58,198 bases of DNA from a virus (taxonomy: Duplodnaviria; Caudoviricetes): positions 1 through 58,198 of IMG/VR virus record IMGVR_UViG_3300010373_000052, one strand, 5' to 3'. Both the position numbers and the translations under genes were made by a program. The notes beneath the pieces were generated by a model. That model was not told the origin of the DNA and did no database searches. It saw only the letters and a list, made by a program, of their open reading frames with translations. Below are positions 34,225 to 43,034 of this stretch, in pieces (within the stretch, counting starts at the first letter, position 1; every line of letters begins with the position of its first letter).

Positions 34225-36627
34225 TCAGCCCACGTTCAGCTTGACGGCGCCCGTGGCGCTGAACTTCACCTGCGGGAGCTTGGTGATCTTCACGCCGTTG
34301 TGCAGGTCGTTGGAGACGGTTTTCTGGGCGTTCACCACGCTCTCGAGCTTGGCTTTGAGCTGGCTGGTCTGGTCCTGAACGGTCTGCACTTTGGTTATCT
34401 GGGTGGAGACTTGCTTCAGCTGGTCGATGTGCTGCTGGGCGTCCTTGATGGCCTGCTTGGTCTGGTCCACGGCCGTCTTGGACGCGCCCACGGTCTTCTC
34501 CGAAGCCAGGGTCGATTTCAGTTCCTTCAACTGGGCTTCGGTGGACTTGATGCTGCCGTCCTGAGCCAACTTGCTCTGCTCAACTTTGAGCTGGGACAGC
34601 GTGGCGTTCTGCGATTGCTGCGCGGCACCCAGGGTGTCGAACTTCGACGTGAGGGTGCTGTCCTTGGCCACCTTGGCGGTGAGTGCCTGGATGTAGGTCT
34701 CCTGCTGCTTCCCGCCGCCGCCCCCGGTGAACATGTTGATGAAGTTCTTGAAGAACCCCTGAGACTGCTGGTATTCCTTGCCGGGGCCAATCATCGCTGG
34801 GGGGATCACCGACGCCGAACCGCCGCCGAGGGCGTGGACGACCTTGTCATCGAGGCTTTGGAGCTGGGGCTTGAAGTGGTCCGCGATGGCCACCGCCAGC
34901 AGGGGTGCGGCGATGGTCGCAAACGACGATCCCAGGATCCCAGCCGAACCGGCAACCGCCGTCGCTTCTTCCGCCCCCGCCGTGACGCCACCCGTTGCTT
35001 CGGCTCCGGCGATGTCGGCTCCGGCGGTAACGCCCCCGGCCTTTTCCGCCCCACCGATGGCGGTAGCGGCTTCGCTACCTCCGGCGATCTCCGCTGCCTT
35101 GATCTCCGCAGCCGCGGTCGTACCGTCTACGGTGAGTGCGCCCGCTTCTGCCGTCGTGGCGCCGCCCACCGCGCCAGCGGAACCGGTGGCCACCGTCTTC
35201 ATCTGGGCACTGGTCTCGTCGGCCTGAGTGGCGACGCCCTGGAGGTCTCCCTCCATGGCGGCCGCTTGTCCGGCTACTTCGCCTGCCGCGGTTTGCGACG
35301 CGGTGCCGATGTTCAGGATCTTGGAGGCGAAGGAGTCGAGCGTGTTGAACGCCGACTTGAGCGAGTTGACGAAGTCGCCGATCTTGTTGATGGTGAAGGC
35401 GCCGAGGGCCGCCGCAACAAGGGGGATGGTGACGGCACCCAGGGCGTAGAGGACGTCCTTGTGCTTGCTCAGCCAGACGGTGGCGTGTTCCACGTCGAGC
35501 GAGAGTTTCTCGACGATGGGGATGAGCACGTTGCCGATCTTGATGGCCTCGGCCTCGGCCGTGGCCTTCACTTGGTCGAGCTGAAAACTCAAATCCTTCT
35601 GGACGTCGCTGAATCCCTTGACCGACTTGCCCGAGCCGTGGAGCGAGGCGCCGATCTTCTTCACGTTCTGCTCGTAGGTGGCCATGTTCTGGCCGCCGAG
35701 CATGAGGGCCACGTTGTAGCCGGTTGCCCCACCCATGAGGTTCTTCATGGCGGTAACGGCCTGAACGCTGTTGGCCGGGAAGGTGTTGCCGATGTGCTGC
35801 TCGATGAGTTGCAGGGCGCCCGTCAAGCCCTGGCTCGACATGGTGTCTTTCAACTGCTGGGCGGTGAGGCCGACGTCCTTCATGGACTTCTGCGCGGTCG
35901 TAGAGGGCGCGGCCAAGGAGCGGATGGCGTTGGACAGCTCCATCGAGGCCCGTCGGGCGTTCATACCCGAGACGGTCATCGTCGCCATGGCGCCTTCGAC
36001 CTGGGGCAGCGAGACGCCGACCGCGGAGGCGACGGGGAGCACCATGCCCATGGACGACGCCAGGTCTTGCAGGTGGGTCTTACCTTGCGCCACCGTCGTG
36101 ATGAGGGCCGAGGTGACTTGGTTCGCGTCCTGAGCCGGCATGTGGTAGTCGTGCAAGGCCGACGTCAGCGCGTTGGCCACGTCGGACATCTGTGCGCCAC
36201 CGACGGCAGCACCCTGGGCCGCCGCATTGAGGACTTTGAGACCGGCGGCGCCGTGGTAGCCCGCCGACTCGATCAGGTACATGCCCTGAGCCAGTTGCGC
36301 GGGCGTCTGGCCCACCTTGCCGGCCATGTCGAGGATGCCGGCGGAGACTTGGCCGAGCGCGGCCTTGGATTCCCCGGCGCCGGTGACCAACTGGGTCATG
36401 GACGACTGGAAATCCGCGGCCATCTTGATCGACGTTCCGCCGAGGGCGACCGCGGCACCACCGAGCCCGAGCGCTAGGCCCTTGCCGAAACTGGCGAGCT
36501 TGGACGAGACGGACGAGCCGTGGCTGGCGAGACCGTCCATCTCGGCCTTGGCCGTCATCATCTTGCCTTGAAAGTCTGATATGCTGGCTCTGAGTTCCGC
36601 CACCACGGGGGAGATCATTCCTGCCAT
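34225..36627 (-). CDS. Tape measure protein (TP901-like)
   Basis: AADFQSSM, Ala/Gly-rich helical core; follows tail genes. Confidence 0.9.
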   Translation of the reverse strand: MAGMISPVVAELRASISDFQGKMMTAKAEMDGLASHGSSVSSKLASFGKGLALGLGGAAVALGGTSIKMAADFQSSMTQLVTGAGESKAALGQVSAGILDMAGKVGQTPAQLAQGMYLIESAGYHGAAGLKVLNAAAQGAAVGGAQMSDVANALTSALHDYHMPAQDANQVTSALITTVAQGKTHLQDLASSMGMVLPVASAVGVSLPQVEGAMATMTVSGMNARRASMELSNAIRSLAAPSTTAQKSMKDVGLTAQQLKDTMSSQGLTGALQLIEQHIGNTFPANSVQAVTAMKNLMGGATGYNVALMLGGQNMATYEQNVKKIGASLHGSGKSVKGFSDVQKDLSFQLDQVKATAEAEAIKIGNVLIPIVEKLSLDVEHATVWLSKHKDVLYALGAVTIPLVAAALGAFTINKIGDFVNSLKSAFNTLDSFASKILNIGTASQTAAGEVAGQAAAMEGDLQGVATQADETSAQMKTVATGSAGAVGGATTAEAGALTVDGTTAAAEIKAAEIAGGSEAATAIGGAEKAGGVTAGADIAGAEATGGVTAGAEEATAVAGSAGILGSSFATIAAPLLAVAIADHFKPQLQSLDDKVVHALGGGSASVIPPAMIGPGKEYQQSQGFFKNFINMFTGGGGGKQQETYIQALTAKVAKDSTLTSKFDTLGAAQQSQNATLSQLKVEQSKLAQDGSIKSTEAQLKELKSTLASEKTVGASKTAVDQTKQAIKDAQQHIDQLKQVSTQITKVQTVQDQTSQLKAKLESVVNAQKTVSNDLHNGVKITKLPQVKFSATGAVKLNVG

Positions 36628-37237
36628 GTCAGACTCCAAGCATGAATGTTCGATGGATGGATGCGGCCAGCCGGCGGTTGCTCGGGGTTGGTGTCGCCGG
36701 CATTACATGAGGTGGTGGAAGCACGGCGACCCCCGATTCGTGACCGCTCGCACTGACTACAGCCGCCGCACTATTGAGCAGCGATTTTGGGCAAAGGTTG
36801 ATAGGTGCCATCTCGCCCCATGCTGGACGTGGATGGGATTCCGCACACCCGACGGCTACGGGCGCTTTCGCGTGGATGGAGCGTCTATCAGCGCCCATCG
36901 TTGGTCGTATGAGCACTTCATCGGTCCCATTCCAAGCGGTTTCACCATTGACCACCTCTGCCGAAACCGTGCCTGTGTCAACCCCGATCACTTGGAATCC
37001 GTGACGCAGGGTGAGAACACTCGACGTGGAGACAGGGTCGGCATGTCCGCGGGTAATCGGAACAAGACCCACTGCAAGCGCGGTCACCCTTATGACGAGG
37101 CGAATACCTACTTCTCTGCTGATGGGAGCAGGAAGTGTAGGGCTTGTGGAAGAGAAGCAGCCGCGCGGCGCTGGCGAGCGGTCAACCCTGACGCGCCGGT
37201 TCGTGGTTCCTACGGCAGGCGACCACGTCGGACCTAG
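36626..37237 (+). CDS. HNH homing endonuclease, antisense insertion
   Basis: ARGWCRRHY, RFWAKV, CWTW.G..DGYG, AHRWSY, IDHLCRNRACVNPDHL, KTHCKRGH. Confidence 0.92.
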   Translation: MSDSKHECSMDGCGQPAVARGWCRRHYMRWWKHGDPRFVTARTDYSRRTIEQRFWAKVDRCHLAPCWTWMGFRTPDGYGRFRVDGASISAHRWSYEHFIGPIPSGFTIDHLCRNRACVNPDHLESVTQGENTRRGDRVGMSAGNRNKTHCKRGHPYDEANTYFSADGSRKCRACGREAAARRWRAVNPDAPVRGSYGRRPRRT

Positions 37238-37638
37238 CTTCTCAGCGCCTCTCGCCAGCGAGCCTCGGCCAGTGCGCCGAGCTTGCCCTTGACCTCGTCG
37301 AATCCCGGCGCCAGATAGGGCCGACCCGCTTGGTGGTAGACACGCCCGAGCGAGTCGGCACCCTTGAACCCCAACTCGATGCGACGCCCGTAGATGACTG
37401 TCGGGCCGGTACGCGAAAGCCACGCGCCGGCGCCGATGGGCGTGACCTCGGCCACGCGGATGGACCGGCGCAGCGTGCCCCGCTGGACTGGTGCCCGCGC
37501 CTTGGCCGCCGCTTCGATGAGATGGCCACCGTCGGTGACGATCCGGCGCGCCGTGACCCCGGCGTCGACGATCATCTTGTCGATAGCGTCGCGGAAGGCG
37601 CTCAGACCCTCGAAGACCACGGAGATGCCGTCGGCCAC
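37234..37638 (-). CDS. HK97 gp10-like tail completion protein
   Basis: AKARAPV..GTLRRSI, Y..RIELG, RPYLAPG. Confidence 0.85.
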   Translation of the reverse strand: MADGISVVFEGLSAFRDAIDKMIVDAGVTARRIVTDGGHLIEAAAKARAPVQRGTLRRSIRVAEVTPIGAGAWLSRTGPTVIYGRRIELGFKGADSLGRVYHQAGRPYLAPGFDEVKGKLGALAEARWREALRS

Positions 37639-37639
37639 G

Positions 37640-38145
37640 TCAATCCCCGCCTATCGAAGCGAACTGGCCGAACCACTCGACCATCGGGGCGGGCTCACGC
37701 AAGTAGTCCTCGTGGGAGATGCCCATCTGCTTGCGGTAGTGGTACTCGTTCCACATGTCCGCCACGACGGGGTCGACGCCGTCGTCGTCCATGAGGGTCT
37801 GTCCCGACGCTACGACGCGGAGCTTTCGGAGCTGTCGGTAACCGCTTTTGGGTCGGCCATCGCATCGGGGCTGAAGTCCGGCGACAGTTCCTTCACGAAC
37901 TCGACGGCCGCGGTGGTGAGCACGTTGGCCACCGGCACGGGAAGCGCGTCGATGGTTGCCGCGGTGACGGGCTCGGACCGTGACCACGACGTGATCATGA
38001 GTTGTATGACTTGCACGTCGCTGTCGCCGTCCTCGCCTTCGGCACGGATGGCCCGGAACAGGTCACGTCGTTGCCCGCGCGAGACCTCCCACGCCGTCTT
38101 GACCTCGGCCCACTCGCCGTTGGGCAGCTCTATCCGTCGTGGCAT
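37640..38145 (-). CDS. Tail assembly chaperone G (37810-38145) and G-T product via -1 frameshift
   Basis: Slippery C-CCA-AAA at 37852-37846 in correct phase; -1 frame open to TGA at 37640. Confidence 0.8.
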
Positions 38146-38158
38146 TCAGCCTCCTGCC

Positions 38159-39124
38159 TCAGTACGCAGCGGAGATGGCATTGGTGGTTACTGTGGTGAT
38201 GGGCGAGAATCCCCCGTTCACCGCGTCCGTCGTGTTGGCGACGGCGGTGAAGTTGGCGTCGAGCTGTATGTAGGCCTTCCCGCTCTGCTTGATCTGGGGT
38301 GCCTCGAACTGACAGGCCGACATCTGGAACTTGACCGAATGCGAGCTCACCGGGTCGGTGAACAGGAGCACGACGGCTTGCTGGGCGCGGGTCAGGGAGT
38401 TGGCGAAGAAGGTCTGGCTCGCCTCCACGACGAACGTCATCTTGCCGGTGACCTCGATGGGTCCGGCCCAGTTGCGATAGGGCGACTGGTTCCCGGCGGT
38501 GAAGATGGACGTGGCGTTGCGCTTGATGTCGAGGGTGCCCGATTCGAGCACGGTGACCGCCGTCCCCGCGATCGACGCCGCCAGGTCCCACGCCGGGATC
38601 ATGTGCTCGGTCGTCTCGGCGATGGCCGGCGCGGTGACGGTCGTCTCGGGGTTGCCGATGAAGTTGACGGTCGTCTCGACCGCGGCATCGACGCCGAAGC
38701 TGACGGAGATGTCCGAGCACTGCCCGGCGGCCATCTGGTAGGTGTTGTCGACCGAGTTGTTGACGAGCGTGTACGACGGCGGCTGCGAGCCGGTCGACGC
38801 CGAGTTGAGCAAGCCGATGGTGTGCGTGGACGCCCCACCACCCACCGAGGCCACGGTGTCGGTCGAGCCGAGCACGGAGCGGAGCAGGTTCGGGTAGATG
38901 TCGTCGTAGAGGTAGACCTTGCCGGTCCACTTGTCGAAGCGAACACCTGGCACCTGGTCGTAGACCATGACCGGTGAGCCACGGTCGGCGTCGTCCGACA
39001 GCCACTTCAGGTCCGGGGCGAGCTGGGGTCCGATGACCGGCGTGAACGTGGACACCGACGCGGCGGTGCCGCGGGTCACCTCGACGGCCATGCCGAAATA
39101 GGAGTTCGCTACGAGAAACGGCAT
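38159..39124 (-). CDS. Major tail tube protein
   Basis: FGMAVEVTRGT N-terminus, SYTL, EVTGKMT; position before chaperone. Confidence 0.85.
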   Translation of the reverse strand: MPFLVANSYFGMAVEVTRGTAASVSTFTPVIGPQLAPDLKWLSDDADRGSPVMVYDQVPGVRFDKWTGKVYLYDDIYPNLLRSVLGSTDTVASVGGGASTHTIGLLNSASTGSQPPSYTLVNNSVDNTYQMAAGQCSDISVSFGVDAAVETTVNFIGNPETTVTAPAIAETTEHMIPAWDLAASIAGTAVTVLESGTLDIKRNATSIFTAGNQSPYRNWAGPIEVTGKMTFVVEASQTFFANSLTRAQQAVVLLFTDPVSSHSVKFQMSACQFEAPQIKQSGKAYIQLDANFTAVANTTDAVNGGFSPITTVTTNAISAAY

Positions 39125-39126
39125 GT

Positions 39127-39333
39127 CTACTCTTCCTCTGGGGCGTCAGCGGCCTTCTCGGCGGCGACGGGCTTCGACTTGGGGGCCTCGGGCACGAGCG
39201 CGAGGTGGGGATGGGCGACTTCGTGGTCCACGTCGAGCTCGTCGCCGGGTTGGGGTTCCCACGTCGAGCCGTCAGGGGTCTGGAGGTCGCAGAAGACGAC
39301 GGAAACGTCGCCCGTGAACCGATATCGGGGCAT
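39127..39333 (-). CDS. Small virion-associated protein
   Basis: GGAG RBS; between tail terminator and tube genes. Confidence 0.6.
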   Translation of the reverse strand: MPRYRFTGDVSVVFCDLQTPDGSTWEPQPGDELDVDHEVAHPHLALVPEAPKSKPVAAEKAADAPEEE

Positions 39334-39340
39334 GACGCTC

Positions 39341-39853
39341 CTAGGTGTTGAGGATTTCCAGAACCGTCACCCGCCCGACCGCCTGGAACAGCGTCACGCC
39401 GCCCTTGGAGGTCTTCGGAACCGGGTACTGGAAGTGCAGATCGGGTGCGCCGATGGCCTCGCCCTCACCCCACGAGAAGATGACGGCGGGGTCTCCGGCG
39501 TTGCGGTCGGCCTCGATGTAGGCCGTGAGCGAGTCGATGAACGTGTCGAAGGCCACCTGGCCGCCGAGCGAGGACGCCAGGTCGCTTTTCAAGATGCAGA
39601 GCAGGGCCAGCTCGTAGGGGCGGAGCTTGCGGCCGTTGTGCGGGCCGTCCATGGCGATGCGGCGCTCCAACTGCGACTCGATGAACACGTAGATGACGGC
39701 CCCGATGCCCTGCCCAGCCGGTTGGAGGTAGAACAGGTCCGACTCGTTGGCCACCTGCGGCAGGGCCTGGTAGACGCTGCCCAGGTACGTGATGCTCGAG
39801 TTGACGGGGTCGAGGTAGTTGGCGATGGCCGCCCGGACTTCGGACTTCGGCAT
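39341..39853 (-). CDS. Tail terminator-like protein
   Basis: Size and synteny. Confidence 0.6.
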   Translation of the reverse strand: MPKSEVRAAIANYLDPVNSSITYLGSVYQALPQVANESDLFYLQPAGQGIGAVIYVFIESQLERRIAMDGPHNGRKLRPYELALLCILKSDLASSLGGQVAFDTFIDSLTAYIEADRNAGDPAVIFSWGEGEAIGAPDLHFQYPVPKTSKGGVTLFQAVGRVTVLEILNT

Positions 39854-39856
39854 GGC

Positions 39857-40759
39857 TCAGTACGCGACGAACATCTGGCGCAGCGCGTCGAGCATGGAGA
39901 ACGCCAGCGCCATGTCCTCGTCGCCGCCCTGGGGGATGTGCGCGGCGTGGGACACCTCGCCGATGTCGCTGACGATGAGCGCCCCCGAGCCCCGCTCTTT
40001 GATGAGCGCCGTGGTGAGCAGGATGGCCGCTTGTTTCACGACCTTGGGCAGGTTGGAGACGACGGCGGTCGTCGTGTGGTTGTTGGCCAGCGGTGACACC
40101 AGCGGCACCGACGCGTCGCCGGGGACGTAGGTCGACGCCACCGTGATCGTTTCGTCGTTCGGCACGTCGTAGAGGGTCAGGCTCGAGCCCGGATAGATGC
40201 CCAGCACGCTCGTCGGGCTGATCGCGCTCGCCCCGGAGGCCACGCTGGCACTGAGGGCCGAGTTGACCCACCCGTTGACGTAGGTCCACTGGCACAGGTA
40301 CTGCTGGCGGGGCGCGATACCCGCCAAGGAGTTGAGCCCGAGCCCCACCACGCCACCGGGCGAGACGATGAACTGCGTCGGCTCGATCCAGATGTTGCCC
40401 GCGGGGACGACCGAGGCCGACGTGCCCACCGTCGCCCCGTAGGTGAACGTGCGGACCTCCATGATGGGCCAGAACAGCGGGTGGACGATCAGTTGCCCCG
40501 AGTTGTTGCCCCAGATGCGGGCGTTCTCGGTGTTGAGCGTGGCTGTGAGCGTTCCGTAGGCCCCGAGGCAGTACGTGTCGACCATGGACGAGGCCCGCCC
40601 GATGGTCTCTTGCAGCGCGATGGTCTGTGCCGGGCCGGTGCCGCCGGGCAACAGGTTCGACGTGTCCATCGCCGTGGGGGCGTTGTCGTACTCCACCGTC
40701 GTCAGATAGGCCGACGTCTGGCCGTAGGAGGCGTTGAACGGCGCATAGGCGATCGTCAT
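39857..40759 (-). CDS. Head-tail adaptor
   Basis: AYLT..EY, RAS.MVDTYC, LP..VKQAAILL motifs. Confidence 0.7.
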   Translation of the reverse strand: MTIAYAPFNASYGQTSAYLTTVEYDNAPTAMDTSNLLPGGTGPAQTIALQETIGRASSMVDTYCLGAYGTLTATLNTENARIWGNNSGQLIVHPLFWPIMEVRTFTYGATVGTSASVVPAGNIWIEPTQFIVSPGGVVGLGLNSLAGIAPRQQYLCQWTYVNGWVNSALSASVASGASAISPTSVLGIYPGSSLTLYDVPNDETITVASTYVPGDASVPLVSPLANNHTTTAVVSNLPKVVKQAAILLTTALIKERGSGALIVSDIGEVSHAAHIPQGGDEDMALAFSMLDALRQMFVAY

Positions 40760-41253
40760 GCCACCCTCGCTTTACGAGCCACAGAGAGGACGCCTGGCGC
40801 CTCTGGGTCGGTTCTCACGTCGACGGGTTCCAGCCCGCTCTCCACCAACAGCGCCGTGAAGCCGCCCGTGCTGTACCGCCAGTAGTCGCCGGGGTAGTCG
40901 TGCAGCGGAAAGACGCCGCGCTCGTCGTAGCCGCGGGCCGTCAGGATGAGGTAGCCGTCGGGTTGGAGCCCTCGGGCCATCTCGGCCACCGAGAGCCACG
41001 GCGTGGGGTCGTGCTCGAGCATCTCGGTCGACACGACGACGGCGAAGGACTCGTCACCGAAGGGGAGCGCTCGGGCGAGCGCCACCTGGTCGACGCCCGG
41101 CCCGGCTTGCATGTCCACGCCGAGGTAGGCGCCGCTGAAGTAGTCCCGCACGGTCCCGTTGACGTTGTACGAGCCGACTTCGAGCACGGAGCGCCCGGCC
41201 AAGCCGAGCGAACGCACGTAGCCCTCGACGTACCGGCCGACGCTCTGGTGCAT
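40756..41253 (-). CDS. Class I SAM-dependent methyltransferase
   Basis: VLEVGS, GVD, LPF..SFAVVVSTEMLEHD, H.YP.DYWR. Confidence 0.85.
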   Translation of the reverse strand: MHQSVGRYVEGYVRSLGLAGRSVLEVGSYNVNGTVRDYFSGAYLGVDMQAGPGVDQVALARALPFGDESFAVVVSTEMLEHDPTPWLSVAEMARGLQPDGYLILTARGYDERGVFPLHDYPGDYWRYSTGGFTALLVESGLEPVDVRTDPEAPGVLSVARKARVA

Positions 41254-41413
41254 CAGTTGGTGTAGGCCATGAGGTGGCGCACGACGCGGCAGCCCTCGAC
41301 GTGGGAGATCACCACGAGGTTCGACGCCAGGTCGACCTCGATCTCGGGCGACGTGCAGGTGCAGCCCGCCGCGTCCAGTTGTGCTCGGATGGACAGGTCG
41401 AGGTCGTCATGGT

Positions 41414-42523
41414 TCACGCCGCTACCGCTTCCCTGTTGGGGGCAATCTCCGACAGCACCGACAGCCACTGGTGGACCTGGTTGGCGATGCTCAGTTCTTC
41501 CGCTCTGGCCCGGTTGGCTTTTCCCTCGGCCCGGCGCACTTCGGAGTCGAGCAGGTCGTCCAGGTGCCGTCGCCACTCACGGGGTGTGCGGGCGAGCCGT
41601 CCGACGCCGAGCAGCTCGTACTCGGGGGTGCGCGAGGCGATGAACGGGATACCGCACGCCGAGGCTTCGAGCCCCTTCAGCCACGACTTGGAGTAGTTGA
41701 AGTCGGACTTTTCCAGCGGGACCAGGGCCAGGTTGATGGGGTCCCACAACTCGGGATAATCGGCGATGTGGACCAGCGGGTTCGCCGCCACCGACGTCTT
41801 GTTGAGGTTGAGACCGAGCTGGTCCCACGCCTTGGGGACACCCTTCTCCTCCGAGTCGCCTCCGTGGTAGAAGGGCAAGCCGTTCTGTTCGAGGAACGGG
41901 CCGAGGATGCCGCAGAGTTGGCCCAGGTCGTTCGCCCGCCACTGGATGCCGCCGACCCAGCCGACCATGCCGTTGCGGCCGGGGTCGTGGACCTGCCAGC
42001 GCTCGATGTCGATGGCGTTGCGGCAGATGAACGTCGGCGGTCCGAGCCGTTCGCAGAAGCGGGCCAGCGGAGCCGTCGAGCAGATGATGGCCGAGGATGC
42101 TTCGAGCATCTTGCGGTAGTGCGCCCGGTTGAACGTCGGGTTGGTCGCCGGGTTGGTCGTGTGGTACGCCAGGTTGGTCTTGGGCAGCGCCCAGAAGTGG
42201 TCGTCGATGTCGTTGACGACGATCTGGCCGCAGGCGATGGCCCGCTTCGCCCTGCTCTCGCCGTCCTCGTGCATCCAGCGCTGGAAGATGACCACGTCGC
42301 AGTCGTCGTGCCACACCCGGTCGGTGCCCATGACTTGGAGGTGGCCGTCGCTGGCCGTCCGCACGGCGAAGGACAGCATCGTGTCGTAGCCGTGCTTGGC
42401 CAACTCCATGGCGGGCATGGCCAAGCGATAGAAGTACGTCCCGCCGTAGGTCGCCGCCTTGGTCCGAGTGCCGGGGATCGTCTCGAAGCGCCAGTCCGTG
42501 GAGAACGCGGCGATCTTGGTCAA
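41414..42523 (-). CDS. GT-B glycosyltransferase
   Basis: YR..MP, VIFQR, DIDD, VGWVGG, LVPL....FN..KS.LKGLEASACGIPFIAS. Confidence 0.85.
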   Translation of the reverse strand: MTKIAAFSTDWRFETIPGTRTKAATYGGTYFYRLAMPAMELAKHGYDTMLSFAVRTASDGHLQVMGTDRVWHDDCDVVIFQRWMHEDGESRAKRAIACGQIVVNDIDDHFWALPKTNLAYHTTNPATNPTFNRAHYRKMLEASSAIICSTAPLARFCERLGPPTFICRNAIDIERWQVHDPGRNGMVGWVGGIQWRANDLGQLCGILGPFLEQNGLPFYHGGDSEEKGVPKAWDQLGLNLNKTSVAANPLVHIADYPELWDPINLALVPLEKSDFNYSKSWLKGLEASACGIPFIASRTPEYELLGVGRLARTPREWRRHLDDLLDSEVRRAEGKANRARAEELSIANQVHQWLSVLSEIAPNREAVAA

Positions 42524-42789
42524 CCCTCGACCCTCGTCAGGTCGTCGCGGTCACACCGTGGGCAGTGCTTGATCCACGCCGTCCAGCCGCACTCGCAGAC
42601 GTAGTGCTTGCCGGTGGCCGGGGTGTTGCCCGCCTGCACGTAGCCCGCAGCCCGCAACAGACGAGCGTCACGGACGTCGTCCACATGGATGAAGTCCCGG
42701 CGGTCGTTGTCGTAGCGGGTGACCTTGCCGTTGCGGCGTTCGACGGTGATCCCCTTGGCGCTGGCGTCGGAAGGGAACATGCGCGGCAA
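42520..42789 (-). CDS. Small Zn-ribbon protein
   Basis: CECG....KHCPRC; GGAGG RBS. Confidence 0.6.
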   Translation of the reverse strand: MPRMFPSDASAKGITVERRNGKVTRYDNDRRDFIHVDDVRDARLLRAAGYVQAGNTPATGKHYVCECGWTAWIKHCPRCDRDDLTRVEG

Positions 42790-42814
42790 GACACACCTCC
42801 GGGGATCGAGCGAA

Positions 42815-43018
42815 GATGCCGTCCGCGGGTCATCACCCCCGACGGCTCTCGGCGTGACCGAGCTGGTTAGTGGTCGCGGCTACGACGGCCCACCACATCT
42901 GCTTTCGCAGGCGCTCCCGCCGTCGGAATCGAACCGACGCGCCGTGCCAACACGGGAGGATGCTGCGACGTAACTCGGCGATCTACCCTTGCGTCGTGGG
43001 CAGTGATCTCTCCGAGCT
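42815..43018 (-). ncRNA. Candidate structured RNA with tRNA-like T-arm
   Basis: Consecutive hairpins including GTCGG-TTCGATT-CCGAC (42938-42922) within a CTCCCG/CGGGAG stem, and CTGC-GAAA-GCAG. Confidence 0.55.
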
Positions 43019-43034
43019 GTTGTGCTAGGTGCGT

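Noticed and set aside
33844-36477. Long + strand ORFs (also 5300..6781, 37394..38977, 43818..45323, 45351..46859)
   Set aside because: Antisense shadows of clear minus-strand genes in high-GC DNA, with no motifs
42914-42958. Canonical tRNA after the capsid gene
   Set aside because: Too short, with no D or anticodon arms and no CCA; kept only as a tRNA-like element
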